NCBI GenBank assembly: GCA_944393685.1
Contig: CALYAW010000008.1
Location: 772 to 64,771, forward strand
Reading direction: 5' to 3'
DNA: 64,000 nucleotides
Source: an uncultured Alphaproteobacteria bacterium
GTDB lineage: Bacteria > Pseudomonadota > Alphaproteobacteria > RF32 > CAG-239
Position numbers and translations under genes: made by a program. The notes under the pieces are model-generated. The model made no database searches and was not told where the DNA came from. It was given only the letters and a program-made list of their open reading frames with translations. Numbering within the stretch: position 1 is the first letter of the stretch; every line of letters starts with the position of its first letter. This document shows, piece by piece, positions 32,030 to 42,036 of this stretch.

Positions 32030-32121
32030 TCAAATAGATAGGTACGTAATAACAAATTACGGTTAATCTTTCTTTAAAAAAGCCTCTGATTTAAAATCAG
32101 AGGCTAAAAAGAGTTTTGGAG

Positions 32122-32451
32122 CTATTCAGCTAACGCCTTAATCTTGGCATTCAAGCGTTCGATACTTGCTCTGGCATTTGCAATTTTTTCTTGGGTTTCC
32201 GAATTTTGTAGTTCTTCAGAAGACTGCCATTTTTCAATTTTTGCTTTTAAATTGGCAATTTTGTCTTCTAACTGAGCCTTGTATTCTTCAGTGCTTTCAA
32301 TATTTTTCAGTTTTGCCTTATCAATTTTAGCACTTGTTTTATCAGCGACTTTCTGCACAGCATCTGCGGCTGTAGCAACTTCCCAAGCAGCAACATTTCC
32401 CGCATAAGCCAACATCAAAATAGCAGCAACAATTCCACATACTTTGTACAT
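32122..32451 (-). CDS. Small exported coiled-coil protein
   Basis: Signal peptide, A/K/E-rich heptads; RBS AAGGAG before ATG 32451. Confidence 0.7.
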   Translation of the reverse strand: MYKVCGIVAAILMLAYAGNVAAWEVATAADAVQKVADKTSAKIDKAKLKNIESTEEYKAQLEDKIANLKAKIEKWQSSEELQNSETQEKIANARASIERLNAKIKALAE

Positions 32452-32674
32452 TTCAATCTCCTTTAACAAATTACGCAGGAATTATAAAAAAAGCATAACA
32501 GAGCTTCAACAAAAAACATCAACAAATTCAACATTTTTTTCTAGTCTTTAAAAAAAGAGTATGATATAAAACGCGCAGAAAGATTCTATTTAAATAACCG
32601 AAGGCCGGCAGATCAGGCATTAAACCGTCTAATCTGGGGTCTTTTTTATGCTAACATTAACTTAAGGATATGCT

Positions 32675-35600
32675 ATGTCAGAAGTTAAAATGAAAATGAT
32701 GGACGGTAACGAGGCAGCTGCTTCCGTTGCCCACCGCATGAATGAAGTTTGCGTCATCTACCCGATTACGCCGTCCTCCCCGATGGGTGAATGGGCTGAC
32801 GCATGGTCTGCAGCCAAACAAAAGAATATCTGGGGTATTGTTCCTGAGGTTCAGGAAATGCAATCGGAAGCTGGTGCCGCCGGTGCGTGCCACGGCTCGA
32901 TACAAGCAGGTGCTTTAACCACAACATTCACCGCCTCTCAAGGCCTCTTGTTAATGATTCCAAACATGTACAAAATTGCTGGTGAACTCTCACCATTTGT
33001 TATGCATGTTGCAGCTCGTTCTTTGGCATACCACGCCTTGTCCATTTTTGGAGATCATACCGACGTAATGGGTTGTCGCCAAACTGGTTTTGCAATGTTA
33101 GCTTCTAATTCCGTTCAAGAAGCCCATGATATGGCAGCCATTGCACAAACATCTACATTGCGTTCACGTGTTCCGTTTATGCATTTCTTTGACGGTTTCC
33201 GTACTTCACATGAAATCAAAAAAATTAAACTTCTCTCTGATGATGATTTAAGAGCGATGCTTGAAGGTGTTGACTATACATTCAATGCTAAGAATGCTCT
33301 TCGTCCGGAAGCTCCTGTAATTCGTGGTACGGCCCAAAACCCGGATGTCTTTTTCCAAGGACGTGAGGCTTCAAATCCGTACTACAAACAGGTTGAAGGC
33401 ATCGTTCAAGAAGAAATGGACAAGTTTGCAAGAATATCCGGTCGTCAATATCACGTTGTTGACTATTATGGAGCTCAAGACGCAGATCAAGTTATCGTTA
33501 TCATGGGTTCTGGCGGCGAAACAGTTGAAGAAGCAATTGATTATCTCAACGCCAATGGTCAGAAATTGGGCGTCATGAAAGTACACCTCTATCGTCCTTT
33601 CCCTGAGAAATCCTTCTTAAAAGCCCTACCCTCGACGGTTAAAACAGTTTCTGTTCTGGATCGTACCAAAGAATCAGGATCAACCGGTGAGCCACTATAT
33701 CTTGATGTTGTAGCCACCTTAAGTCAGGCTTTTGCCCGCGGCGAACTCAAATCGATGCCTAAAATTGTCGGTGGTCGTTATGGACTATCTTCAAAAGAAT
33801 TCACTCCCGGAATGGTAAAAGCCGTATATGACAATGGCGCATCATCTAACTCTATTAATGGTTTTTCAGTAGGTATTACGGATGATGTCAACAACACATC
33901 TTTACCTTTTGACGATTCTATTGATACAGAACCTAAAGACGTTGTCCGCGCTGTCTTTTTTGGCTTAGGCGCAGACGGCACTGTTGGAGCAAATAAAAAC
34001 TCAATTAAAATCATTGCGGAAGATGCCGGCAAATATGGGCAAGGTTATTTTGTATATGATTCTCGCAAGTCCGGCTCAATGACAACATCTCACTTACGTT
34101 TTTCGGACAATCCGATTAAATCGGCTTATTTGGTAAACAAAGCAGATTTCGTTGCTTGCCACCAATTCCCGTTCATGCGTAAGGTTGATATTCTAAAAAT
34201 TGCAAAACCGGGCGCAACATTTTTACTTAATGCTCCCTATGAAGGCAACGAAGTATGGAATCATTTACCCAAAGAAGTTCAACAAACCATCATTGACAAG
34301 AAACTCAATTTCTACGTCATTAATGCTGTTGATGTTGCTCGCAAGACAGGTATGGGTCAACGCATTAACACCGTTATGCAAACATGCTTCTTTGCGATTT
34401 CCAACATTCTTCCCAAAGATGAAGCAATTGCTCAAATTAAAAATGCCATCAAAAAAACATACAGTAAAAAAGGCGATGCCATTGTTCAAAAGAACTTTGA
34501 AGCAGTTGATGCCTCTTTGGAACACCTTCACAAAGTTGACGTTCCAGCGCAAGCCACTTCAGAACTGACAATGTCAGCTCCTGTTCCGGCGGATGCACCT
34601 GAATTTGTCAAGAAATTGACAGCAGAAATTATTGCCGACCGAGGCAATGAATTACCGGTGTCCGCATTTAAGGATGTTGTCGACGGAACTTGGCCGACAG
34701 GAACTACACAATATGAAAAACGTTGCATTGCAACAGAAATTCCTGTATGGGATGCTGACACATGTATTCAATGCGGCAAATGCTCTCTGGTATGTCCACA
34801 TGGTGTTATCCGTATGAAAGTAGCATCTGCCGAAGAACTCAAAAATGCACCATCCACATTAAAGCATGCTGCATATAAAGGTAAAGAATTTGCAGGTAAA
34901 GAATTCATTTTGCAAATTTCTCCTGAAGACTGCACAGGCTGTGGTATTTGTACTTCAGCTTGTCCGGCAAAGAACAAATCCAATCCGGAACTCAAAGCCA
35001 TCAACATGGATCATATCGAGAACCATCTTGACGCAGAAGTTGCAAACTGGAAATTCTTTGAGACGCTTCCTTATGTAAAGAGAACAGAAGTAACAAAGAA
35101 TTTGCCCAAAACCACGCAAATGATTCAACCTCTGTTTGAATTTTCCGGTGCATGTGCTGGCTGTGGTGAAACCCCTTATGTCAAATTATTGACTCAACTC
35201 TTTGGTGATCGCATGGTTGTTGCAAATGCGACAGGTTGTTCTTCCATTTACTCAGGCAACTTACCAACCACGCCGTATGCCAAAGATGAAAAAGGTCATG
35301 GTCCGGCATGGGCAAACTCCTTGTTTGAAGACAATGCAGAATTTGGCTTAGGCATGAGATTCTCAATTGATCAACAAACAGGTTTTGCAAAAACCTTATT
35401 GGAAGGCTTAAAAGACAAGATTGGTGCAGAATTGGTTGAAAAGATTTTAAGCAACCCGCAATCAACCGATATTGAGATTGATGATCAACGTGCTTTGGTT
35501 AAGCAATTACGAGACAAGTTGGTCAGCCTCGACACAGCGGAAGCCAAACATCTTGATAAACTCGCCGACTATCTGATTAAGAAATCCGTATGGATTTTAG

Positions 35601-36235
35601 GTGGTGACGGCTGGGCTTATGATATTGGCTTTGGCGGTCTTGACCATGCTATTGCCTCAGGCAAAAACATAAATATTTTGGTTATGGACACAGGCGTATA
35701 CTCCAATACCGGTGGTCAACAATCCAAAGCAACCCCGATGGGTGCATCTGCTAAATTTGCAACCGCAGGAAAGGCTCTGCCGAAAAAGGACTTAGCAATG
35801 ATTGCAATGTCTTATGGCAATGTATATGTTGCTCAAGTAGCCTTTGGAGCCAATGATTCTCAAGTCATTAAAGCCATGAACGAGGCAGAAGCATATGATG
35901 GTCCATCCATCATCATAGCATACTCTCATTGTATTGCCCAAGGCTTTAATCTGGCAAATGGTTTGGAACACCAAAAAGCAGCTGTTGAGACTGGTTCTTG
36001 GCCATTGTTCCGCTACAATCCGGAAAACATAGCTCAAGGTAAAGCTCCGTTGATGCTTGATTCCAAAGCTCCAAGCAAACCACTTGCCGAATACATGGCA
36101 AACGAGACTCGTTTCCAGATTGTCAACAAAGCCAATCCTGAGCGTTATGAAACTCTATTAAATAAGGCTCAAGAACTGGCCAATGAAAAACGTTCACTTC
36201 TGGAACATATGGCTGAATTTAAAACTGCCGAATAA
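32675..36235 (+). CDS. nifJ: Pyruvate:ferredoxin (flavodoxin) oxidoreductase
   Basis: YPITPSSPMGE, two CxxCxxCxxxCP ferredoxin motifs, FSGACAGCGETPY, GGDGWAYDIG. Confidence 0.97.
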   Translation: MSEVKMKMMDGNEAAASVAHRMNEVCVIYPITPSSPMGEWADAWSAAKQKNIWGIVPEVQEMQSEAGAAGACHGSIQAGALTTTFTASQGLLLMIPNMYKIAGELSPFVMHVAARSLAYHALSIFGDHTDVMGCRQTGFAMLASNSVQEAHDMAAIAQTSTLRSRVPFMHFFDGFRTSHEIKKIKLLSDDDLRAMLEGVDYTFNAKNALRPEAPVIRGTAQNPDVFFQGREASNPYYKQVEGIVQEEMDKFARISGRQYHVVDYYGAQDADQVIVIMGSGGETVEEAIDYLNANGQKLGVMKVHLYRPFPEKSFLKALPSTVKTVSVLDRTKESGSTGEPLYLDVVATLSQAFARGELKSMPKIVGGRYGLSSKEFTPGMVKAVYDNGASSNSINGFSVGITDDVNNTSLPFDDSIDTEPKDVVRAVFFGLGADGTVGANKNSIKIIAEDAGKYGQGYFVYDSRKSGSMTTSHLRFSDNPIKSAYLVNKADFVACHQFPFMRKVDILKIAKPGATFLLNAPYEGNEVWNHLPKEVQQTIIDKKLNFYVINAVDVARKTGMGQRINTVMQTCFFAISNILPKDEAIAQIKNAIKKTYSKKGDAIVQKNFEAVDASLEHLHKVDVPAQATSELTMSAPVPADAPEFVKKLTAEIIADRGNELPVSAFKDVVDGTWPTGTTQYEKRCIATEIPVWDADTCIQCGKCSLVCPHGVIRMKVASAEELKNAPSTLKHAAYKGKEFAGKEFILQISPEDCTGCGICTSACPAKNKSNPELKAINMDHIENHLDAEVANWKFFETLPYVKRTEVTKNLPKTTQMIQPLFEFSGACAGCGETPYVKLLTQLFGDRMVVANATGCSSIYSGNLPTTPYAKDEKGHGPAWANSLFEDNAEFGLGMRFSIDQQTGFAKTLLEGLKDKIGAELVEKILSNPQSTDIEIDDQRALVKQLRDKLVSLDTAEAKHLDKLADYLIKKSVWILGGDGWAYDIGFGGLDHAIASGKNINILVMDTGVYSNTGGQQSKATPMGASAKFATAGKALPKKDLAMIAMSYGNVYVAQVAFGANDSQVIKAMNEAEAYDGPSIIIAYSHCIAQGFNLANGLEHQKAAVETGSWPLFRYNPENIAQGKAPLMLDSKAPSKPLAEYMANETRFQIVNKANPERYETLLNKAQELANEKRSLLEHMAEFKTAE

Positions 36236-36250
36236 GTAGTTTTACAGCCC

Positions 36251-36283
36251 AAACACCCTGCCCTCAAAGCAGGGTGTTTTTTT
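36251..36283 (+). terminator. Rho-independent terminator
   Basis: aaacaccctgc…gcagggtgttt followed by a T-run. Confidence 0.8.
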
Positions 36284-36369
36284 TGTGTATTAATCAAGAA
36301 TCCACTCGCCAAGTAACCACTGGTTTATCATAATAAAGCATACGTAATATTTTAACGGAGTCTTAGATA

Positions 36370-36795
36370 ATGAACGATCAAAATCAATCCTATAAACTTA
36401 CTCCAGAACATATCTCTAACTTATATAACCAAGAATACTTACGAGATGCTATAAAATGTGAAAAATTCAAGAGTTTGGACGGAGCCCTACAACGAGCCGT
36501 TATTGAAGAAGCTTTAATTGAAACAGAAGCGATGAAGCTGTCGACAACTTATGGTGAAGAAGCACGCCAAAAAGAAGCTTTTTATTTTAGCAAATATACC
36601 GAATACTACTCTTACCAAGCAGCAGCAGATCCTAAAAGATTTAGAGATAAGGATTCTCGCTTTCTATCAACCAACGTCATGAAAAGAGAACGGGATTCGG
36701 CTCGAGCCCTTGCAATTACGGAACGAGCTAAGACTATAGATATGCCGCACAATATAGTCAGAATGAAAGTAATAGAAGCATCTCGCCAAAAATAA
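36370..36795 (+). CDS. Hypothetical protein
   Basis: ORF with upstream GGAG; no recognised motif. Confidence 0.6.
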   Translation: MNDQNQSYKLTPEHISNLYNQEYLRDAIKCEKFKSLDGALQRAVIEEALIETEAMKLSTTYGEEARQKEAFYFSKYTEYYSYQAAADPKRFRDKDSRFLSTNVMKRERDSARALAITERAKTIDMPHNIVRMKVIEASRQK

Positions 36796-36891
36796 ATACT
36801 ATTTAAGAACTTTAGTTCTTGACAAAAATAGTCTAAAAATTTTACACTATGTCCATAACAACATATTATGAACAAATTAAAATTTTGAGAC

Positions 36892-37596
36892 ATGAAAAGA
36901 CTATCTGTCCCCGCCGAAGAATGTCGATATTACGACTTTTCAATGGCTGCGGCTTTTTTCAAGGAAATTGGCTGCGTTAATACTCCACAATTAGGAGTAC
37001 TACAATACACATCAGGAAGCGAGAGCATAATAACCATTGGCTGGTGTAGTGAAGAAGATGACAAGTATCAAGATATTCCAATCTTCAAATCATTTGAAGA
37101 CAAAGAAGAATATGACACTGTTCAATTCATGCCCATGGGCGAACGAGAAGTATTCACCGTTGACGGCCGTTTATATATCACGGTTTCAGTAGATGGCGGT
37201 TTAGGAATACGCCGAATTAATCTTCTTTACGATGAAAGCATTGTTCGAGCGCTAAACCTCATAAGAGGTATGCCGGATATGAATTATGAATTATGCCGAA
37301 TATACACTATCGGTACAAAACGCTCTCTGATTGGCTATTATTGGGTTGGCAAATGGGAACCGAAAGATTTTTCAGAAAATCCTATTATGACAATTGCTCC
37401 GGTATTTGGAGGAGAAGATAATATTTTTTCTCACTATGATATTTCTGATTTAGATATCGTAGCACTCCCCAAAGGAGAATCTTTCCTCAAAAACGGAACG
37501 CTTTGGCAAGTATCTGAAGATAAAGAGTATGGAACTTCCATTTTTGCCATAATGGAAGTATACGGCAACTTTACAGACAATCAACTTCTTAACTAG
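36892..37596 (+). CDS. Hypothetical protein
   Basis: 234-aa ORF followed by a hairpin at 37603-37634. Confidence 0.6.
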   Translation: MKRLSVPAEECRYYDFSMAAAFFKEIGCVNTPQLGVLQYTSGSESIITIGWCSEEDDKYQDIPIFKSFEDKEEYDTVQFMPMGEREVFTVDGRLYITVSVDGGLGIRRINLLYDESIVRALNLIRGMPDMNYELCRIYTIGTKRSLIGYYWVGKWEPKDFSENPIMTIAPVFGGEDNIFSHYDISDLDIVALPKGESFLKNGTLWQVSEDKEYGTSIFAIMEVYGNFTDNQLLN

Positions 37597-37647
37597 AAAA
37601 ACATAAAAGCCTCCGTTTATACCGAGGCTTTTATATTTTTGTAAAAA

Positions 37648-39111
37648 TTACAATTTAACATTCAAAAACTTATTTAATAAGCGGATACCAAAAGCTGTTG
37701 CTCCTTTCGGACAAAGCTCGGTTGACTTTTCTACCCGATCCACGCCTGCAATATCAAGATGAGCCCATTTAACACCTTCAGCAACAAAACGCTGCAAGAA
37801 ACAGGCAGCAGTACTTCCTCCTGCATTGGCTCCACCAATATTTTTCATATCGGCAACGGAAGAATCAACCATTTTATCATAGGCCTTATTAATTGGTAAA
37901 TGCCACAAATTTTCACCGCTTTTTTCTCCGGCATCAATCAAGTCGGCAATTAATTTACTATCATTACCAAAAATACCGGCATATTCACTTCCCAGAGCTC
38001 GCATTGTAGCACCCGTCAATGTTGCAATATCAATAATTTTCTTCACTTTATATGTATCTTGAACATAGGTCAAACAATCTCCCAAGACCAACCGACCTTC
38101 AGCATCTGTATTTAATACCTCGACTGTCTGTCCTGATAATGAAGTTAAGATATCACCGGGTCTGATAGCGCTTCCGGAAGGCATATTTTCAACCAATCCG
38201 ACAATTCCTACAACATTAACCGGAGCAGCTTGTAAAGCCAGAGCTTTCAAACTTGCCACGACCACGGCAGCTCCCGTCATATCACCTTTCATATCTCCCA
38301 TACCGGCACCGGGTTTTAGAGAAATTCCACCGGAATCAAAGGTTACACCTTTTCCGACCAAAGCGACATCAAATTCTTCTTTATCAGGTTTTCCTTTCCA
38401 TTTCAGAATAGCAACTTTGGGCTCATTAACAGAACCTTGAGCCACCCCCAATAACAGTCCGAACCCTTTTTCTTGCAATATTTTTTTATCTAAGATTTCA
38501 ACATCCAGTCCCAAATATTTCAATCTATCAATATCATCGGCAAAAACTTGCGGTGTCAAATAATTGGCAGGCTCATTGCACAAATCCCGTCCATATCGGA
38601 CAGCATTGGCCAAAGCAGCATATTTCTTAAATGCTTCTGCAGCTTCATCCGCTTCTTTAAGTTTGAATATAATCTGCTCCAAAGCAGGATATTCATTTTG
38701 TTGTTTTTTAGTAAAATATTTATCAAACCGATAGCTTCCGAGCATTAAACCAAAAGCCACATTATAAGAAATTTCTATTTTTGAAAGTTTACACCCTTTA
38801 ATTTCATTTACAATATAACAAGCAACACTATCTTTAAACAATTTTTTTGCAAGACTTCCGCCTAATTTCTGCCATTCAATTTCTCCCGGATTTTTTCCAA
38901 TTCCGGCTAAAATGATTTTACTTTTTCCACCCAGCACTTCAACGAACTGACCATTTTTCCCTTCAAATTTTGACTGTCGACAAGCTTTCAAAACAGCCTC
39001 TTTTTCATTTTGATTCAAAACATCCAATTCAAGCCGAGATTTTTCTCCGCAAACAAAAATCCTAACAGCCTCTACACCGATTCTTCCTTTTGTAAAAACA
39101 ACTTCTAACAT
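37648..39111 (-). CDS. pepA: Leucyl aminopeptidase (M17)
   Basis: VGKGVTFDSGG, MKGDMTG, NTDAEGRL, WAHLDIAG. Confidence 0.96.
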   Translation of the reverse strand: MLEVVFTKGRIGVEAVRIFVCGEKSRLELDVLNQNEKEAVLKACRQSKFEGKNGQFVEVLGGKSKIILAGIGKNPGEIEWQKLGGSLAKKLFKDSVACYIVNEIKGCKLSKIEISYNVAFGLMLGSYRFDKYFTKKQQNEYPALEQIIFKLKEADEAAEAFKKYAALANAVRYGRDLCNEPANYLTPQVFADDIDRLKYLGLDVEILDKKILQEKGFGLLLGVAQGSVNEPKVAILKWKGKPDKEEFDVALVGKGVTFDSGGISLKPGAGMGDMKGDMTGAAVVVASLKALALQAAPVNVVGIVGLVENMPSGSAIRPGDILTSLSGQTVEVLNTDAEGRLVLGDCLTYVQDTYKVKKIIDIATLTGATMRALGSEYAGIFGNDSKLIADLIDAGEKSGENLWHLPINKAYDKMVDSSVADMKNIGGANAGGSTAACFLQRFVAEGVKWAHLDIAGVDRVEKSTELCPKGATAFGIRLLNKFLNVKL

Positions 39112-39255
39112 AGCTTACTCCTAACACATTATTTTTTTATATTTTAAACAAAAATAATAAATATTTTGCTAAATTTTCTCCACATAATTTCTTTTATTCT
39201 GGACACATCATAATATTCCTCTTATAATAAATTATAGACAAAAAAGAGCAAAAAC

Positions 39256-40290
39256 ATGAGCAAAGCCCAAAATGATAAAAGACTAGCCATAGAAAGAAAG
39301 CTCGTTGCCGCCATTCGAGACAAGATGACAGCCCTAGCGAACGCTCAATTTTGCAAATCGCGTTCAGATTCTAACTCAAATCGAGATCGTGGCAATTATA
39401 AACATATGTCTCGCGCTGAAAGACAGCGCATGCGAAGACTCAAAATTCAGTGGCTTAAGAATGAAATACATATGCTTTTATATGCAAACGGTCTGAAACC
39501 ACACATTCGGGACCCACAAATTCCAAGAGCCACTCCAGAAGAAAGTCTCGCTATTCGTTTTGATTTTGATGGCATTTTACATCGTCCGGACAATAGTCTT
39601 CTATCAATATCTTATCTTTCAGCCAAGCAAGAATACATGGAATCTTTGAGTAATCAAGATGTTTCTCCTCCCCCCAAATATGACTATACCAATTACGCTC
39701 TTGATACTTCCCCTGTTTGGCAATGGCTGAAAAACTTTGATAATTTTCGTCAACTACGCAAAAGAATTACACACCAACTTGCTAAAAATCATATTCCGCC
39801 CACAGCAGTCCAAACAATGAATTATTATGATTTTGTTGACACCATCACAGATTATTGCAAACAAACAAATACTCGTCCTTTTGAAGGAAAACGCGCCCAA
39901 AATCTAAAAATGTTTGCGCATTGCTATCACGAAGAGTTTAGTCAGGTTATGCTTTCTCTCCATTACAAACCACGAGATGTCCAATCTATGCTCCAACAAA
40001 TGCAAAAAGGCTATTGCCCTAATATATTTGACCTCCACCACAAAACTAACGTAACCAATTTTCGAGAACTTGAAGAACACAAACAAATAAATGATTTTTC
40101 CAATATGCTTTTAGCATTTATCCATCCACACCATCGTTCATTGCATTTTGATAAAGGCTATGATATAAACAAAGACATTGTTTTCTTTGGAGGATTTGAC
40201 CCTGCTTACCAAATTCGCCGAAATCCGGAAAGAGAACGTCAATACCTAATCAGTAAAGGACGATTGCCTAAAGATGCAAAAACTCGTTAA
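39256..40290 (+). CDS. Hypothetical protein with C-terminal HNH-like motif
   Basis: FDLHHKTNV…INDFSNM…HPHHRSLH pattern. Confidence 0.55.
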   Translation: MSKAQNDKRLAIERKLVAAIRDKMTALANAQFCKSRSDSNSNRDRGNYKHMSRAERQRMRRLKIQWLKNEIHMLLYANGLKPHIRDPQIPRATPEESLAIRFDFDGILHRPDNSLLSISYLSAKQEYMESLSNQDVSPPPKYDYTNYALDTSPVWQWLKNFDNFRQLRKRITHQLAKNHIPPTAVQTMNYYDFVDTITDYCKQTNTRPFEGKRAQNLKMFAHCYHEEFSQVMLSLHYKPRDVQSMLQQMQKGYCPNIFDLHHKTNVTNFRELEEHKQINDFSNMLLAFIHPHHRSLHFDKGYDINKDIVFFGGFDPAYQIRRNPERERQYLISKGRLPKDAKTR

Positions 40291-40705
40291 ACAGCTTAAA
40301 GTTTTATCCGATGCCAATGCCGGTACTCCCGTTGATAGAACACAAATAATTCTTTACCAAAAACAATTACAAGAAAATGATTTTACGACACTACCAAATG
40401 AATACGTAGAACTCTTGCATCATTTTAATGCATTTGCATGGAATGGTAGTTTTTTATACGGAATAAAACCTTTCAAAGACTTTTTTCTAGATATCCTAAG
40501 CGAGAATGTTCTGTCTTTTCATCCCCTACCATCCATAAACCTAATTTTGGGCAACAATGAATATGACTACCTCGTATGGAATTGCGCCGACATGCGCTAT
40601 CAAATAATTGACAAAGAGACTTTCATGGTGCTAAATACATACTCAACTTTAGCAGATGGTATCAGACATATTTTGAAGATTGAAAATGATTTCAGTGATT
40701 TATAA
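40274..40705 (+). CDS. SMI1/KNR4 (SUKH, YrhA-like) protein
   Basis: LPNEYVELLHHFNAFAWNGSFLYG, ILGNNEYDYLVWN. Confidence 0.65.
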   Translation: MQKLVKQLKVLSDANAGTPVDRTQIILYQKQLQENDFTTLPNEYVELLHHFNAFAWNGSFLYGIKPFKDFFLDILSENVLSFHPLPSINLILGNNEYDYLVWNCADMRYQIIDKETFMVLNTYSTLADGIRHILKIENDFSDL

Positions 40706-41642
40706 CAATAGCCCTGCAAATATACAACAAGCGGCCAAAATCATTAAAGACGGAGGCTTGGTTGCCTTTCCAACAGATACGGTTTATGGACTTGGAGCCA
40801 ATGTTTATAATCCTAAAGCAGTTGCTGCAATTTTTGAAGCCAAAGGTCGTCCGACCTTTGATCCCCTGATATCGCACATTGCCGAAGTTGATTTTCTTTC
40901 AGAATACGCATGCACGGATGAACGCGTTCTGGAACTGGCCAAACACTTTTGGCCGGGACCTCTTACTTTTGTTCTCAAACGCAAAGATAACAACCCTTCC
41001 CTTGATTTGGTTTGTTCCGGATTGCCCCACATAGCCGTGCGTATGCCCAACCATCCTTTGGCGCTTAATCTTATAAAATCCGCCGGTGTTCCGATAGCCG
41101 CCCCTTCTGCCAACAAATTCAAATGCATATCTCCGACAACAGCTCAGCATGTAGCAGACAGCCTTGGAGATAAGGTTGATATGATTCTTGATGGCGGCCC
41201 ATGCAAAATTGGCGTTGAGACAACCATTATAGATCTCACCACGCCAGAAATTGTAATGTTGCGAGCAGGCGGACTTAGCAAAGAAGATATTGAATCTTTT
41301 ACCGGAGAAAAAGTTATTATCTCACACGGCGATCCCAACAAGCCAAGTGCTCCTGGACAATTACTCAAACATTATGCTCCAAGGATGCCCATGCGTATTA
41401 ATGTATTAGAAGAAGATGTCCGCCCAGACGAATTTTTTATTGGTTTTGGTCAAACCCCAAAAGCTCAATTAAATTTAAGCCCCTCCGGCAATCTTAGCGA
41501 AGCAGCCAGTAATTTATTTGCTTATATGCGAATAGCGGAAACCCATACAGAATATAGCGGAATAGCCATGTCTCCCATTCCTGAAGACGGACTTGGTTTG
41601 GCGATTAATGATCGTATCCGGCGAGCCTCTTATGACAAGTAG
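40686..41642 (+). CDS. L-threonylcarbamoyladenylate synthase (Sua5/TsaC)
   Basis: VAFPTDTVYGLGA, AKGRP, FWPGPLT, AAPSAN, APGQLLKHYAP. Confidence 0.95.
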   Translation: MISVIYNNSPANIQQAAKIIKDGGLVAFPTDTVYGLGANVYNPKAVAAIFEAKGRPTFDPLISHIAEVDFLSEYACTDERVLELAKHFWPGPLTFVLKRKDNNPSLDLVCSGLPHIAVRMPNHPLALNLIKSAGVPIAAPSANKFKCISPTTAQHVADSLGDKVDMILDGGPCKIGVETTIIDLTTPEIVMLRAGGLSKEDIESFTGEKVIISHGDPNKPSAPGQLLKHYAPRMPMRINVLEEDVRPDEFFIGFGQTPKAQLNLSPSGNLSEAASNLFAYMRIAETHTEYSGIAMSPIPEDGLGLAINDRIRRASYDK

Positions 41643-41750
41643 GCATTTTTAATACCCATAAAAAAACTTTTAAATTTTTGCCAACCATTTTATTGACAAA
41701 AATTTCGCAAAGTTATACTCTATAGCTCTAATTCTTAAAACTTACAAATT

Positions 41751-41891
41751 ATGAAAACTCTGATTATTTTTTTAGCAGTAATAGTCGTATTTTTAGGCTT
41801 CATCGGCTTAATGTTGTGTGGTATATTCTCCTTGTTGCACGACCTCAAATCCCTGCTCAAAAGAGAAAATCCCGAAGATGAAGAAATATAA
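41751..41891 (+). CDS. Small single-pass membrane protein (46 aa, below the ORF-track cut-off)
   Basis: MKTLIIFLAVIVVFLGFIGLMLCGIFSLLHDLKSLLKRENPEDEEI*; TTGACA and TATACT upstream, terminator at 41986-42025. Confidence 0.55.
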   Translation: MKTLIIFLAVIVVFLGFIGLMLCGIFSLLHDLKSLLKRENPEDEEI

Positions 41892-42036
41892 AGGTTATGC
41901 TGATAATAACTTTTCTTCTAATTATTTGTATGCTATCAGGCTCATACAAATTCCGCCACAGACTATTACGTATTGTTGTAAAATTAAAAAAGCTCTGGCC
42001 TTTTTAGGTTTCCAGAGCTTTTTTTCTAAAAAACAC

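Noticed and set aside
32590-32650. Attenuator before nifJ
   Set aside because: An imperfect stem and T-run are present, but pairing is weak and no leader peptide or aptamer was recognised
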